The notes under the pieces: model-generated | Seen by the model: only the letters and a program-made list of their open reading frames with translations | What the model was told of the DNA's origin: nothing | Databases searched by the model: none | Source of the DNA: Acidilobaceae archaeon | GTDB taxonomy: Archaea > Thermoproteota > Thermoprotei_A > Sulfolobales > Acidilobaceae | Direction of reading: 5' to 3' | Length of the DNA: 64,000 bases | Assembly (NCBI GenBank): GCA_038897215.1 | Contig: JAWAWX010000001.1 | Coordinates: forward strand, 1,056,001-1,120,000 | Shown here: one piece after another, positions 46,267-55,562 of the stretch | Layout of the letters: every line of letters starts with the position of its first letter | Position numbering within the stretch: position 1 is the stretch's first letter | Translations under genes and position numbers: made by a program

Positions 46267-47634
46267 CTAGGATGCTGGTGCTAGCGCTAGAGCGGCTCGC
46301 CGAGCTCTAACTATGTACTCCACGATCTCATAGGTGGTTGGCGACACGACGCGCGATATTACTGATAGCAGGTCGAAGTCGTCGCCCAGACTCGTGGGGG
46401 TCTGGTTTAGCCCGAAAACGTGAGGGTAGCCTACTACGGCTAGAGCAAGCACAGCGACTAGTAGCCGAGGAGAGGGTCTAACAAGCGAGTCCTCGTAGAA
46501 GCCCGAGAGCTCCACTACTCTACCCTCTCTCACAGCAGCGATCTGCCAAGCAGACCTCCCTAGAGTAGACTCGAGGTACGAGATTAGGTAGGAGCTACTA
46601 AAATACCCGTGCGATGTAGTCAAGAGTATCATGGAAGGGTTCAGCTTCAGCAAAGTCTCTGGAGACACGGGCTGCCAGCTCTCGAGGTCCTCGTAGACGT
46701 TCCTCAACCCAGCCACACTCATCAAGTCGTGCTGCCAGGTCTTGCTACCGGCTACCCAGAGAGGCTCGATCCAGACTATGAGAGCAACCGATGGCTTCTC
46801 GCTAACTCCAGCTTTCCCAACTATCTCTCTAAGCTCCAGTATAGCATACCTTATCCTCCAAGCTAACTCGTAGGCTTCTCTATGCTTACCTAGAGCTAGA
46901 CCGAGCACTATGAGAGACTCTATCACCTCATCGAGAGACCTATCACCTAGGAGGACTACCGGGATGCCGTAGCTAGAGACGATATCTCTTAGAGCTACGT
47001 GACTCGGGACGGACGCGAGCCCAACCACCAAGTCGGGCCTCAGCGCGACTACTAGCTCAATACTCGGGTTCCAGAAACCACCTATAGACCTCAGAACACC
47101 CTTCTCTCTCAGCTCGACCACGACTGGAGGGAAGTTCGAGAACTCATCGACTCCGACTAGTGTCTCTAAGGCTCCGATGTAATACACTGACTCGGTAACG
47201 CTTGGCGCTAGAGAGACCACTCTTCGGGGGGGCTTCAGTAGAACTACATCTCTACCGCTCCAGTCTCTGAGTACCATAGGGTAGCCGAGAGATTCAGCGA
47301 TGTTCAGCACTTGAGCCTCAATCCTAGCTATTCTCTCCTCTAGCGCGATAGACCTTTCGCCCAGCCTATCTAAGCGTGCTCTGAGCTCCACTAGCTCTAG
47401 GTATACGGCTCGAAGGTCTTCATAGCTCGCCATATTCTCAACTTTTCTCGAGAGTTCATCTATCCTCCTCTCGATAGCGTCTACTCTAAGCTCCTCTTCC
47501 TCAAATCTTCTCTGAATATCACTAACAGCCTCTCTTAGTCCCCGTAATTCTAGATAGATAGCGAGCTGAGCTAAGAGGAGAGCTACGATTAGTATAGCTA
47601 GAGCAGGTCTTACTATATCGAGTCGTTGACTTAT
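46267..47634 (-). CDS. BtuF/Fe-siderophore-type substrate-binding protein with TM anchor and coiled-coil stalk (probable ATA start)
   Basis: PRRVVSLAPSVTE; frame open upstream of ATG 47433 to 47640, encoding a TM helix; GGGTGA 6 nt before ATA 47634. Confidence 0.85.
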   Translation of the reverse strand: MSQRLDIVRPALAILIVALLLAQLAIYLELRGLREAVSDIQRRFEEEELRVDAIERRIDELSRKVENMASYEDLRAVYLELVELRARLDRLGERSIALEERIARIEAQVLNIAESLGYPMVLRDWSGRDVVLLKPPRRVVSLAPSVTESVYYIGALETLVGVDEFSNFPPVVVELREKGVLRSIGGFWNPSIELVVALRPDLVVGLASVPSHVALRDIVSSYGIPVVLLGDRSLDEVIESLIVLGLALGKHREAYELAWRIRYAILELREIVGKAGVSEKPSVALIVWIEPLWVAGSKTWQHDLMSVAGLRNVYEDLESWQPVSPETLLKLNPSMILLTTSHGYFSSSYLISYLESTLGRSAWQIAAVREGRVVELSGFYEDSLVRPSPRLLVAVLALAVVGYPHVFGLNQTPTSLGDDFDLLSVISRVVSPTTYEIVEYIVRARRAALALAPAS

Positions 47635-47765
47635 CGCTGGTCACCCTGACCAGCAAACGAGTTGCGAGTAGGCAGCTTAAAAATCTTAGATACGAGAACA
47701 CGCTCTCTTATTGCATACTCGTAGAGGTGCTCTCTTAATAAAGTAGCTATAGTGATAATGATAGT

Positions 47766-48890
47766 ATGGGGCTAGCAGTGGGTAGGGTTAGCGTAGATTT
47801 GGGCAAATCGCTAGAGGACCTAGTAGAGTTATGGCTTTCTCGTAGAGGATATGCTTACGAGCGCAACGTGCTCTTAGAGAGTCCTTTAGGCAAATTCGAA
47901 GCTGACTTCTTGATACACGATGATAGAGGTAGGGTTTTAGTTGAGGTTAAGAACGTGAAGGAGCCTGTGGATAGAGACGTGGTGCTCAAAGTTTACAACG
48001 CTTCTCTAGCTATCGCAGCGTACAAAGCTATAATCATATCATCGTCAGGTTTCACTGAAACAGCGCGTAACCTAGCTAGGCTACTGGAGAGAGTAGAGCT
48101 ACTAGAGCTGAGAGACCTGCTAGCAGAGCTTGATGCAGGAGTGCTAGATGTCTCAGCGCAGTTCCTAGACTCGCAGATCACACTATATCAAGCCAGAGAG
48201 TGGATAGCTAAGCACGTTGTCCAGAAGAAATTCCTAGTAATAGCAGCCGAGCATGTAGCCGAAGTAGAGCCCATATATTACCCGGTTTACCTGATGAAAG
48301 TTAGGCTAGCTCTAGACCAGGCTAAGACGCGATTCAGAGAGACTCTGATGGCTGCCTCGGCTGTCTCAGGGCTTCCTCTAGCTCTAGACAGGTCGAGGAA
48401 AGCTCTCTATGATGCTCTGAGAGAACTCGTAGACATGCCCCCAGACCTGCTAGAAGTCTACAGGATATACGCTGGGAGAGCCGTGGCTAGAAGCGAGCTA
48501 GTCCAGCTCTACGGCCCAACTCTCTGGAATAAGCTGATGAAGAGTCTGACAGCTAGAGGATTGGTTAAGCAGCTATCGAGTCGCCCCATGGTGGTGGAGA
48601 TAGCAAACGTGCTACCGGGGAGTAGCGAGCTAGAGGAAGCAGCTAAACTCTTAGCGGAAGCCAGGAGAGTCGACAAGCCTAGACAAGGCTTCAGCGTAAA
48701 GGAGCAACTGGTTTCAGTAGGGAGCATAAGGTCTTTCCTCAACCAATCACTAGGAGTAGACGTCATAGCCTACACCGTCATCCACGCGCCCTTCTATAGA
48801 GCACGCCTGGAGGAGAGGAGTGGAAGCTATAGAATAGCTTGTATTACAGGCTGGCTGAAGGACCCCATAGTGTACCTCAGCTGCTCCTAG
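47766..48890 (+). CDS. Mrr-like PD-(D/E)XK nuclease domain plus uncharacterised C-terminal region
   Basis: LEDLV..EADFL..LVEVKN..AIIISSSGFTETA. Confidence 0.75.
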   Translation: MGLAVGRVSVDLGKSLEDLVELWLSRRGYAYERNVLLESPLGKFEADFLIHDDRGRVLVEVKNVKEPVDRDVVLKVYNASLAIAAYKAIIISSSGFTETARNLARLLERVELLELRDLLAELDAGVLDVSAQFLDSQITLYQAREWIAKHVVQKKFLVIAAEHVAEVEPIYYPVYLMKVRLALDQAKTRFRETLMAASAVSGLPLALDRSRKALYDALRELVDMPPDLLEVYRIYAGRAVARSELVQLYGPTLWNKLMKSLTARGLVKQLSSRPMVVEIANVLPGSSELEEAAKLLAEARRVDKPRQGFSVKEQLVSVGSIRSFLNQSLGVDVIAYTVIHAPFYRARLEERSGSYRIACITGWLKDPIVYLSCS

Positions 48891-48953
48891 ACTACTACAC
48901 CCTCGGTAACTCTAATAGCCCGCTCACACTATCATCCCGCGGGGCGAGCGAGC

Positions 48954-49490
48954 TTGAGTCAAGCAGAAGACCTCCTGAGATTCCTAGCCTCTAGGAGAAG
49001 CGTTAGGAGATTCAAGAAAACGCCCGTAGACCTCTCGACAGTCCTTAGAGCTATAGAGATAGCCAGGTACGCTCCTAGTGCGCGAAACTCTCAGCCATGG
49101 AGATTCATAATCGTGACTGACGAGAGGCTCAAGGAGACTCTCTCTTCGATACACGGAGCGGCATGGCCTCTGAGAGAGGCTCCTCTAGGTGTCCTCATCG
49201 CCTGCAATACAGCAGAGTCCCCTGTATCCTATCTGGCTGACTGCGCTAACGCTACTATCTACTTCATGCTCGCAGCTCACGCTCTAGGACTGGGGACTGT
49301 CTGGATCCAGACACTAAGAGACATCGATAAGCTGAGAGAACTACTCTCACTACCGCTCGAGTATATCCCGGTAGCGTTGATAGCCGTAGGGTATCCAGAC
49401 GAGCAACCGCAAGCAAAGCCTCGGAAGCCTCTCGAGGAAATAGTGTTCTTCAACAAGTTCGGAGAGTCCCAGCTTGTTAGAGATAGGTAG
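48954..49490 (+). CDS. nitroreductase family protein
   Basis: RRSVRRF, APSARNSQPW, GLGTVW. Confidence 0.92.
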   Translation: MSQAEDLLRFLASRRSVRRFKKTPVDLSTVLRAIEIARYAPSARNSQPWRFIIVTDERLKETLSSIHGAAWPLREAPLGVLIACNTAESPVSYLADCANATIYFMLAAHALGLGTVWIQTLRDIDKLRELLSLPLEYIPVALIAVGYPDEQPQAKPRKPLEEIVFFNKFGESQLVRDR

Positions 49491-49534
49491 AAGAGGTCAG
49501 CTTTTTAGCCCACAAGCTGTAGGAGTGTTCAGGC

Positions 49535-49611
49535 GCCGGGGTAGCTCAGCTAGGTAGAGCGCCGGGCTGTTAACCCGGTGGTCGGGGGTTCAAGTCCCCT
49601 CCCCGGCGCCA
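49535..49611 (+). tRNA. tRNA-Asn(GUU), CCA encoded
   Basis: CCGGG-CTGTTAA-CCCGG anticodon arm; GTTCAAGTC. Confidence 0.95.
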
Positions 49612-50259
49612 CACAGTCTCCAGAGTTCTCCTCATTGAGAACCAGGCTAGAATGTTGACTGCCAGGGCTGAGACCAGAGAGAGCGCGGCTAGCAAGAGGG
49701 GGAGTACGACCACTAGCCCGGCATCGCTCCCAAGTATAGCCAAGTAGGATGCCTGTATCGAGAATGAGATAAGCTGGAGAGCTAGCGTGAGCGGAGTCTT
49801 GATGGTTAGAAATGCTGCCACTAATAGAGCTGTCGCGAGGACAGCTAAGCTGACCAAAGTCAGAGTCGATGCTTTCGACTGAAGAAGCGTCAACACTAGA
49901 GCCAAGAATAGCGCGGTAGTCGAAGCTGTTCTGCTAGATAGCGCTAGAAACGCGTATAAGCTTGTAAGAGGATACGTTGCCCGCAGTCTTCTCTCAAGAC
50001 TCCACAAAGTCTCCACAGCTACAGAGACGTCATTCTTCTCTACGGCTTCGAGAACTAGTCTCGCGTGGGATTGGAGAAAGCTAGAGAATCTCACTCCGAG
50101 AGACTTACTCCTACCATCGAGGTCCTCTAGTTCGCGAATAACGCCTCTTAGCCTCTCGTGGTAGACCCTCCATCTCTCGTCATCTCTCCTGCTAAAAGCT
50201 AGAGCTAGACTCTTGTAGAGCTCAGGAGCGTCCACTAGACTCATCACGCTAGCCTCCAA
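49570..50259 (-). CDS. membrane protein (4 TM) whose C-terminus is antisense to tRNA-Asn
   Basis: Helical N-domain plus hydrophobic segments; ends WRRGGDLNPRPPG. Confidence 0.65.
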   Translation of the reverse strand: MEASVMSLVDAPELYKSLALAFSRRDDERWRVYHERLRGVIRELEDLDGRSKSLGVRFSSFLQSHARLVLEAVEKNDVSVAVETLWSLERRLRATYPLTSLYAFLALSSRTASTTALFLALVLTLLQSKASTLTLVSLAVLATALLVAAFLTIKTPLTLALQLISFSIQASYLAILGSDAGLVVVLPLLLAALSLVSALAVNILAWFSMRRTLETVWRRGGDLNPRPPG

Positions 50260-50545
50260 GCACTCTCTTCAACAGACCAAGGAGACTGCTCCCCGAGGAG
50301 CCCGCGTAACGGCGCGCTCTATCATAGAGAACTCTTAGCTCCTCATCGCTAGCATAGTCGAGAGGAATCCCCTGACCTCCGCTAGCTTCCCACTTCTCGT
50401 AGAGACTGTTCATTATAGATGAGACAACTTCATCTGAATAAAATCTCGCCTTTACCTCCACGTCAGGATTCTCGTCTATCATAGCTATCAAAGCTCTCTT
50501 AACACTCTCTCTGTCCAATCCGCTCGCCCAGAGAGCTTCTGGCAA
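50249..50545 (-). CDS. hypothetical protein
   Basis: LYEKWEASGGQGIPLDYAS; overlaps next gene. Confidence 0.65.
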   Translation of the reverse strand: MPEALWASGLDRESVKRALIAMIDENPDVEVKARFYSDEVVSSIMNSLYEKWEASGGQGIPLDYASDEELRVLYDRARRYAGSSGSSLLGLLKRVLGG

Positions 50546-50658
50546 TATTCGGGTAAAAATCCTTCCGTGGTCATCCTAAGCGTGCTCAGGCTCGAGACTA
50601 GCTTTATTTGAGCTCAGCCTAGAACAGCTACTAGAGAGGCTCTTCAGAGGTCGCGAGC

Positions 50659-51711
50659 TTGAAGACAATAGGTCTCCGTAAGCTGACATCGTTTTTCAAT
50701 AAGCCAGTCTTCGCTGTCGAAGCTCCACTCCCCCTAGTAGGACACATAGCCTTCGGTCTGATAGATAGAGGAACAAACGTAGTCCAGTTGAGACCGACCA
50801 CGTTGTGCCCGCACTCCTGCATATTCTGTAGTGTCGATGCCGGTCCTCGAAGCGTGTGGAGACAGGCAGAATACATCGTGGACATAGAGTGGCTGTATCA
50901 GCACGCGTTAAGCGTAGCTAGATACAAGGGGGGGAGGTCTCTAGAAGCTCTCTTAGACGGGGTAGGTGAGCCGCTTAGCCACCCTCGTGTAGTTGAGCTA
51001 GTCAAGATGCTGAAAGAGTCGGGGCTCTACGAGAGAGTAGCTATCGAAACCCACGGAGGCTTCTTAACCAAAAGCTTGATAATGAAGCTGGCTGACGCGG
51101 GCCTAGATAGGATAAACTTGAGCATAGACTCTCTAGACCCTGCTCAGGCTAGGAGACTCGTTGGGCTAGAGTCCTACGATGTCTCCAGGATTCTAGAGCT
51201 AGCAGCGTGGACTCTCGAGAATACCCGAATCGATATAGTCTTGACTCCAGTAGTCATCCCCGGGCTAAACGAGAGAGAGATGGCTAAGATGATAGAGTGG
51301 GCTAAGAAGCACAAAGCGGGAGAGAAGAGCTCTTGGCCTACAGGAGTCTTGATTCAGAAGTACGAGGTTCACAAGTACGGTAGAAAAGTCAGGGGAGTAA
51401 AGCCATGGTCTTGGCGTAGATTCTACGAGTGGCTTAGAAGACTTGAGCGCGAGACAGGCTACAGGCTGATAGTCTCATCGAGAGAGATAGGAATAGAGCC
51501 TCGACCCTCTCTACCCAAGCCATTCGAGAAGGGAGACGTAGTCACAGGGATAGTCGTAGGCCCAGGCTGGCATAGAGGAGAATATCTGCTAGTTGATAGG
51601 GATTTTAGAAGAATCATATCACTGTTTCCTAGGAGAGAGCTCAAGATAGGCGAGGTACTCACCGTCAAGATTGTCAGAGACACTGATAACATCTACGTGG
51701 CTACAGATTAG
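50659..51711 (+). CDS. radical SAM protein with C-terminal TRAM domain (COG2100-like)
   Basis: PLVGHIAFGLIDRGTN, CPHSCIFC. Confidence 0.88.
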   Translation: MKTIGLRKLTSFFNKPVFAVEAPLPLVGHIAFGLIDRGTNVVQLRPTTLCPHSCIFCSVDAGPRSVWRQAEYIVDIEWLYQHALSVARYKGGRSLEALLDGVGEPLSHPRVVELVKMLKESGLYERVAIETHGGFLTKSLIMKLADAGLDRINLSIDSLDPAQARRLVGLESYDVSRILELAAWTLENTRIDIVLTPVVIPGLNEREMAKMIEWAKKHKAGEKSSWPTGVLIQKYEVHKYGRKVRGVKPWSWRRFYEWLRRLERETGYRLIVSSREIGIEPRPSLPKPFEKGDVVTGIVVGPGWHRGEYLLVDRDFRRIISLFPRRELKIGEVLTVKIVRDTDNIYVATD

Positions 51712-51775
51712 TCTTCGACTAGAGTATAATGAATGCTTAATACTTCTGTCTAAACTATCAGCTTCCTAAAGAGGC

Positions 51776-52858
51776 GTGAGTGAGCGGAAGAGGGGGTGTG
51801 TGGAGATTCTTAGAGCTGGAATCGAGGGATGGGGTGTCTACATACCCAGATATTGGCTACCGGCTTACGAGGTAGCTAAAGTGTGGGGATGGCCCGACCA
51901 TACTTGGAAAAGTCTGGGAGTCGAGGGCAAAGCAGTAGCGAACGTTGACGAAGACTCTACCACTATGGGAGTCGAGGCTTCTCTAAACGCTATCGCTAGA
52001 GCGGGCATAAGTCCTCGGAGAATTGGGGCTGTTCTCTTCGGCTCAGAGTCTAAGCCCTATGCGGTAAAGCCTAGTGCAACAGTGATAGCTGAGGTTATTG
52101 GAGCAACTCCTGACGTGATGGCTAGCGATCTAGAGTTCGCTTGTAGAGCTGTCGGAGAAGCCCTTAGGATTGCTACAGCTCTAGTGTCATCTAATAATGT
52201 CGAGTATGCTCTCGTAGTGGGTAGCGATACAGCTCAGTCGAACCCAGGAGATGTCCTCGAGTTTACGGCTGCTAGCGGAGCAGCAGCGTTCGTTGTTGGA
52301 GCTAACGATCCAGTAGCGGTACTCGAGGGTAGCTTTACCTACGTCACGGACACACCCGACTTCTGGAGGAGAGACGGCGCTCCCTACCCAAGACATGGAG
52401 AGGGCTTCACGGGCGAGCCCGCATACTTCGCTCACGTAGTCTCAGCAGCTAGACACCTCATGGAGAGCCTTGGCCTCAGACCTTCTGACTTCAAGTACGC
52501 GGTCTTCCACCAACCTAACGGGAAGTTTCCAGTTAAAGTCGCTCAAATACTAGGCTTCACGACCGACCAGATAAAGACTGGTCTAGTGGCTCCACAAATA
52601 GGCAATACGTACAATGGGAGTGCTAGCATAGGGCTAGCAAGAGTACTCGATAAAGCAGCACCGGGAGACAGGGTTCTAGTCGTAACCTATGGTAGCGGCG
52701 CTGGTAGCGACGCTTTCAGCTTCATTATCACAGACTCGATTGTAGAGAAGAGAGATAGGGCTCCTACTGTCGACGATTATCTAGCAGCTAGAGTAAAGAT
52801 CTCGTACTCAGACTACGTCAAGCTCAGAGGTAAGATAAAGAGTCTCCCCAGAGACTAA
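51776..52858 (+). CDS. archaeal HMG-CoA synthase
   Basis: GSESKPYAVKP, EFACRA (catalytic Cys), HQPN, GNTY, YGSGAGSD. Confidence 0.93.
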   Translation: MSERKRGCVEILRAGIEGWGVYIPRYWLPAYEVAKVWGWPDHTWKSLGVEGKAVANVDEDSTTMGVEASLNAIARAGISPRRIGAVLFGSESKPYAVKPSATVIAEVIGATPDVMASDLEFACRAVGEALRIATALVSSNNVEYALVVGSDTAQSNPGDVLEFTAASGAAAFVVGANDPVAVLEGSFTYVTDTPDFWRRDGAPYPRHGEGFTGEPAYFAHVVSAARHLMESLGLRPSDFKYAVFHQPNGKFPVKVAQILGFTTDQIKTGLVAPQIGNTYNGSASIGLARVLDKAAPGDRVLVVTYGSGAGSDAFSFIITDSIVEKRDRAPTVDDYLAARVKISYSDYVKLRGKIKSLPRD

Positions 52859-52859
52859 G

Positions 52860-53999
52860 GTGAACTTCATGGTTTTCATAATAGGAGCTGGGATGACTCA
52901 GGTAGATAGACATTACGATAGGAGCCTCAAAGACCTAGCTTTCGAGGCGACAGCGAAAGCGCTAGAGTTGGCTGAGATGAGCGAAGACGATATAGACACC
53001 GTGGTGGTAGCTTCTAGCGTCTCGTACCTACAGTCAAGACAGCTAGATCTAGCCTCTTACATAACGTCATCGATAGGCATGAGGAGAGCTAGAGCTCTAG
53101 CTGTAGAAGCAGGCGAAGCCTCGGGACTAGCGGCAGCTCAAGTAGCTCTATCTCTAATCAGGAGCGGTGTTGCTGAAAACGTGCTCCTACTGGGTGTCGA
53201 TAAGCTGAGCGATACGACGTCTTCCAGTGCATACGAGCATCTATCCCATTTAAACGATGTAGAGTACGAGGGCTTTCACGAGTTCGGCTTCGGAGCTATT
53301 CAGGGGATCCTGGCTAGGCTATACATGTCGAGGTATAAGGTAGACCGCCTCACTCTAGCTCAGTGGCCTGTCTTAATGCACGCTAACGCTAGAAGCAATC
53401 CGCTAGCTATGCTCAGATTCAGCGTGAAGCCAGAAGCAGTTCTGGAGGCGCCTCCCGTAGCCGAGCCTTTAACTCTCCTCGATATGCCCCCAATATCTGA
53501 TGGAGCGGCAGCGATAGTGTTATCGGCTAGAAGTAGAGGGTCTCTCTCTAAGCTGGTTGCTGTAGAGTCGGCTACAGGCTATCCTAGCATAGCTCTTCAA
53601 GAAGACCCTCTCATAATAGAGTCTCTAGAGGTCGCTTATGCTAAACTGAGAGCCAAGGAGGATATCGAGGACCCTGATATACTCGAAGTCCACGACTCTT
53701 CTAGCATAACCGGGATACTGATACTAGAGACGCTCGGATTAGCGGAGAGAGGGAGAGCAGCTAAGATGATAGCAGAAGGCTACTTCTCTAACGAGAAGCC
53801 ACTAGTCAACCTAAGTGGTGGTCTTAAAGCTCGAGGACACCCAATAGGAGCGACGGGAGTCTACCAGCTAGCCGAGATAGCCTTGCAGATTGCTGGCATC
53901 TTCCCGGGGCGTAGAGCTCAAGAAGCTAAAAGAGGTCTAGCTGTATCGATCAACGCTCACGGGTCCTCATCCTATGTAGCTTACCTAGAGGAGGCCTAG
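52860..53999 (+). CDS. thiolase-fold protein lacking all cysteines
   Basis: VEAGEASG, SDGAAA, EVHD, GHPIGATG. Confidence 0.9.
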   Translation: MNFMVFIIGAGMTQVDRHYDRSLKDLAFEATAKALELAEMSEDDIDTVVVASSVSYLQSRQLDLASYITSSIGMRRARALAVEAGEASGLAAAQVALSLIRSGVAENVLLLGVDKLSDTTSSSAYEHLSHLNDVEYEGFHEFGFGAIQGILARLYMSRYKVDRLTLAQWPVLMHANARSNPLAMLRFSVKPEAVLEAPPVAEPLTLLDMPPISDGAAAIVLSARSRGSLSKLVAVESATGYPSIALQEDPLIIESLEVAYAKLRAKEDIEDPDILEVHDSSSITGILILETLGLAERGRAAKMIAEGYFSNEKPLVNLSGGLKARGHPIGATGVYQLAEIALQIAGIFPGRRAQEAKRGLAVSINAHGSSSYVAYLEEA

Positions 54000-54015
54000 A
54001 GGAGGGCGGCTAGCT

Positions 54016-54435
54016 GTGAGCACACCACCAGCGGTCTGGAGGCTTCGGGAAAGCCTGTACAGGTTGCTAGGGAGACAGTGTAGAGACTGCGGGCGAGTAC
54101 ACTACCCGCCCCTCAAGGCATGCCCCTACTGCAGCTCTCGCAATCTGAGCGATGTCGAGCTCCCTAGAAGAGGCAGGCTCGTAAGCTACTCTATAGTCTA
54201 CTCTACTCCATCTCATAGACGTGAGAAAACCCCCCTGATAGTAGGTCTCATCGACCTCGGAGTGGCTAGAGTAGTAGCGGAGATCACTGATGCAGACGCT
54301 TCAGAGATCAGAGAAGACATGGAAGTCGAGGCTGTGCTAAGAAAGCTGAGAGAAGACGGGGCCTCGGGGCTGATAGTGTACGCGCTCAAATTCAGACCCT
54401 CGCTAGTGAATAGAAGAAGCTCTACTACGAGTTAA
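54016..54435 (+). CDS. DUF35 Zn-ribbon/OB-fold scaffold
   Basis: CRDC...CPYC, GLIVYALKFRP. Confidence 0.92.
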   Translation: MSTPPAVWRLRESLYRLLGRQCRDCGRVHYPPLKACPYCSSRNLSDVELPRRGRLVSYSIVYSTPSHRREKTPLIVGLIDLGVARVVAEITDADASEIREDMEVEAVLRKLREDGASGLIVYALKFRPSLVNRRSSTTS

Positions 54436-54446
54436 GGAAGGCAGAG

Positions 54447-55520
54447 ATGGCTTCCAGTCTAGATGATGTATTAGCGAGAGTAGAGAGAGGAGACGTTAAG
54501 CTAAGCGAGCTAGACAGCATCCTTGGCAACGCTAATCTAGCTGTTCTAGCTAGAAGACTGTTCATTGAGAAATATCTCGGCATACCTTTAACAGGTATTG
54601 CTAGCAATATCATAGACTTCGAAGCTCTGAGAGATAGCTTGAGTGGAGTACTGGTCGGTGCTATCCAGGTCCCTCTACACGCTCTAGGTCCTCTAGTGAT
54701 AGAAGGGGGCTTTCTAAAAGGTAGAGTCTACATCCCTCTAGCTCTCTCAAGCGATAGAGACGTGGCTCTACTAGACGCTCTCATTGAGGCTCTAAACGAG
54801 AAGGGAGGAGTTTCTGTTCGTGTTCAGAGCGTGGAGTTCAAGGCTCTCTTGCTTAGCGAAGATAGTGAGCTTCAAGTCGTCGACGCTCTACGCGCAGCTC
54901 ACTCCACGCTCTCCTCTGTTAGAGTGACAGAGCTAGGCAGGCTGGCTGGGAGGAGAGCTCTAATGCTAGAAGCTATGGTGAGACTCCAGAACGACGAGAG
55001 CTCAGTGATTAGATTGAGGAGAGCTATCAGCCAACTAGGCTACAGGGGCTATGCTCTAGTAGACTCTGAGCGTGTTTACGAGCTTAGAGTAAGTGCTAGC
55101 ACGTCTTTAGAGCCGCTCCTGGAGAGAGCCGAGGGAGCGGAGCTAGTAGCATCGCTCGAGAAGAGGCTTGAGCTCTCTCCTGCAGTTAAACACCTAGTCT
55201 CGAAGATAGCGGCTAGACTAGCGGGAGGCTTCTTCAAAGCTCTGGGGCTCGACTCGGCTAGGCTTGAGTTCTCCAGAGACTCCGTGACTCTAGCTCAGTC
55301 GAGAGAAGCGCTTAGCCTTAGAGCAGAAGCTGTCTCAGTCCACCTACCCGAGAGAGACCTAGAGCTAGCTCTAAGACTCCCCACGCAGAGAGAGGCTCTA
55401 GCTCTACTCGGCATCACTAGAGCAGACGAGGAAGCATTATTCAAGCTCGCTGAATCAGCTTCAGCACTCGTAGTTCTTAGCTATCTAGCACCTATAGCCA
55501 CGTTCTTCTACGAGAAGTAA
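54447..55520 (+). CDS. HMG-CoA reductase-like pseudoenzyme (intact ORF, most catalytic motifs lost)
   Basis: Class I archaeal HMGR N-terminus (NANLAVLARR, GAIQVPL..GPL, YIPLA) and LPTQREAL, but no TTEG, DAMGMN, DKK or GTVGGGT. Confidence 0.8.
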   Translation: MASSLDDVLARVERGDVKLSELDSILGNANLAVLARRLFIEKYLGIPLTGIASNIIDFEALRDSLSGVLVGAIQVPLHALGPLVIEGGFLKGRVYIPLALSSDRDVALLDALIEALNEKGGVSVRVQSVEFKALLLSEDSELQVVDALRAAHSTLSSVRVTELGRLAGRRALMLEAMVRLQNDESSVIRLRRAISQLGYRGYALVDSERVYELRVSASTSLEPLLERAEGAELVASLEKRLELSPAVKHLVSKIAARLAGGFFKALGLDSARLEFSRDSVTLAQSREALSLRAEAVSVHLPERDLELALRLPTQREALALLGITRADEEALFKLAESASALVVLSYLAPIATFFYEK

Positions 55521-55562
55521 GACTGAAAGCCAGCAGAAGTCTCCCGAGCTGGGTGCAGTCTC

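Noticed and set aside
49535-50545. Integrated element at tRNA-Asn (also checked tRNA-Arg and tRNA-Ser)
   Set aside because: No duplicated tRNA 3' end and no integrase seen in the window.
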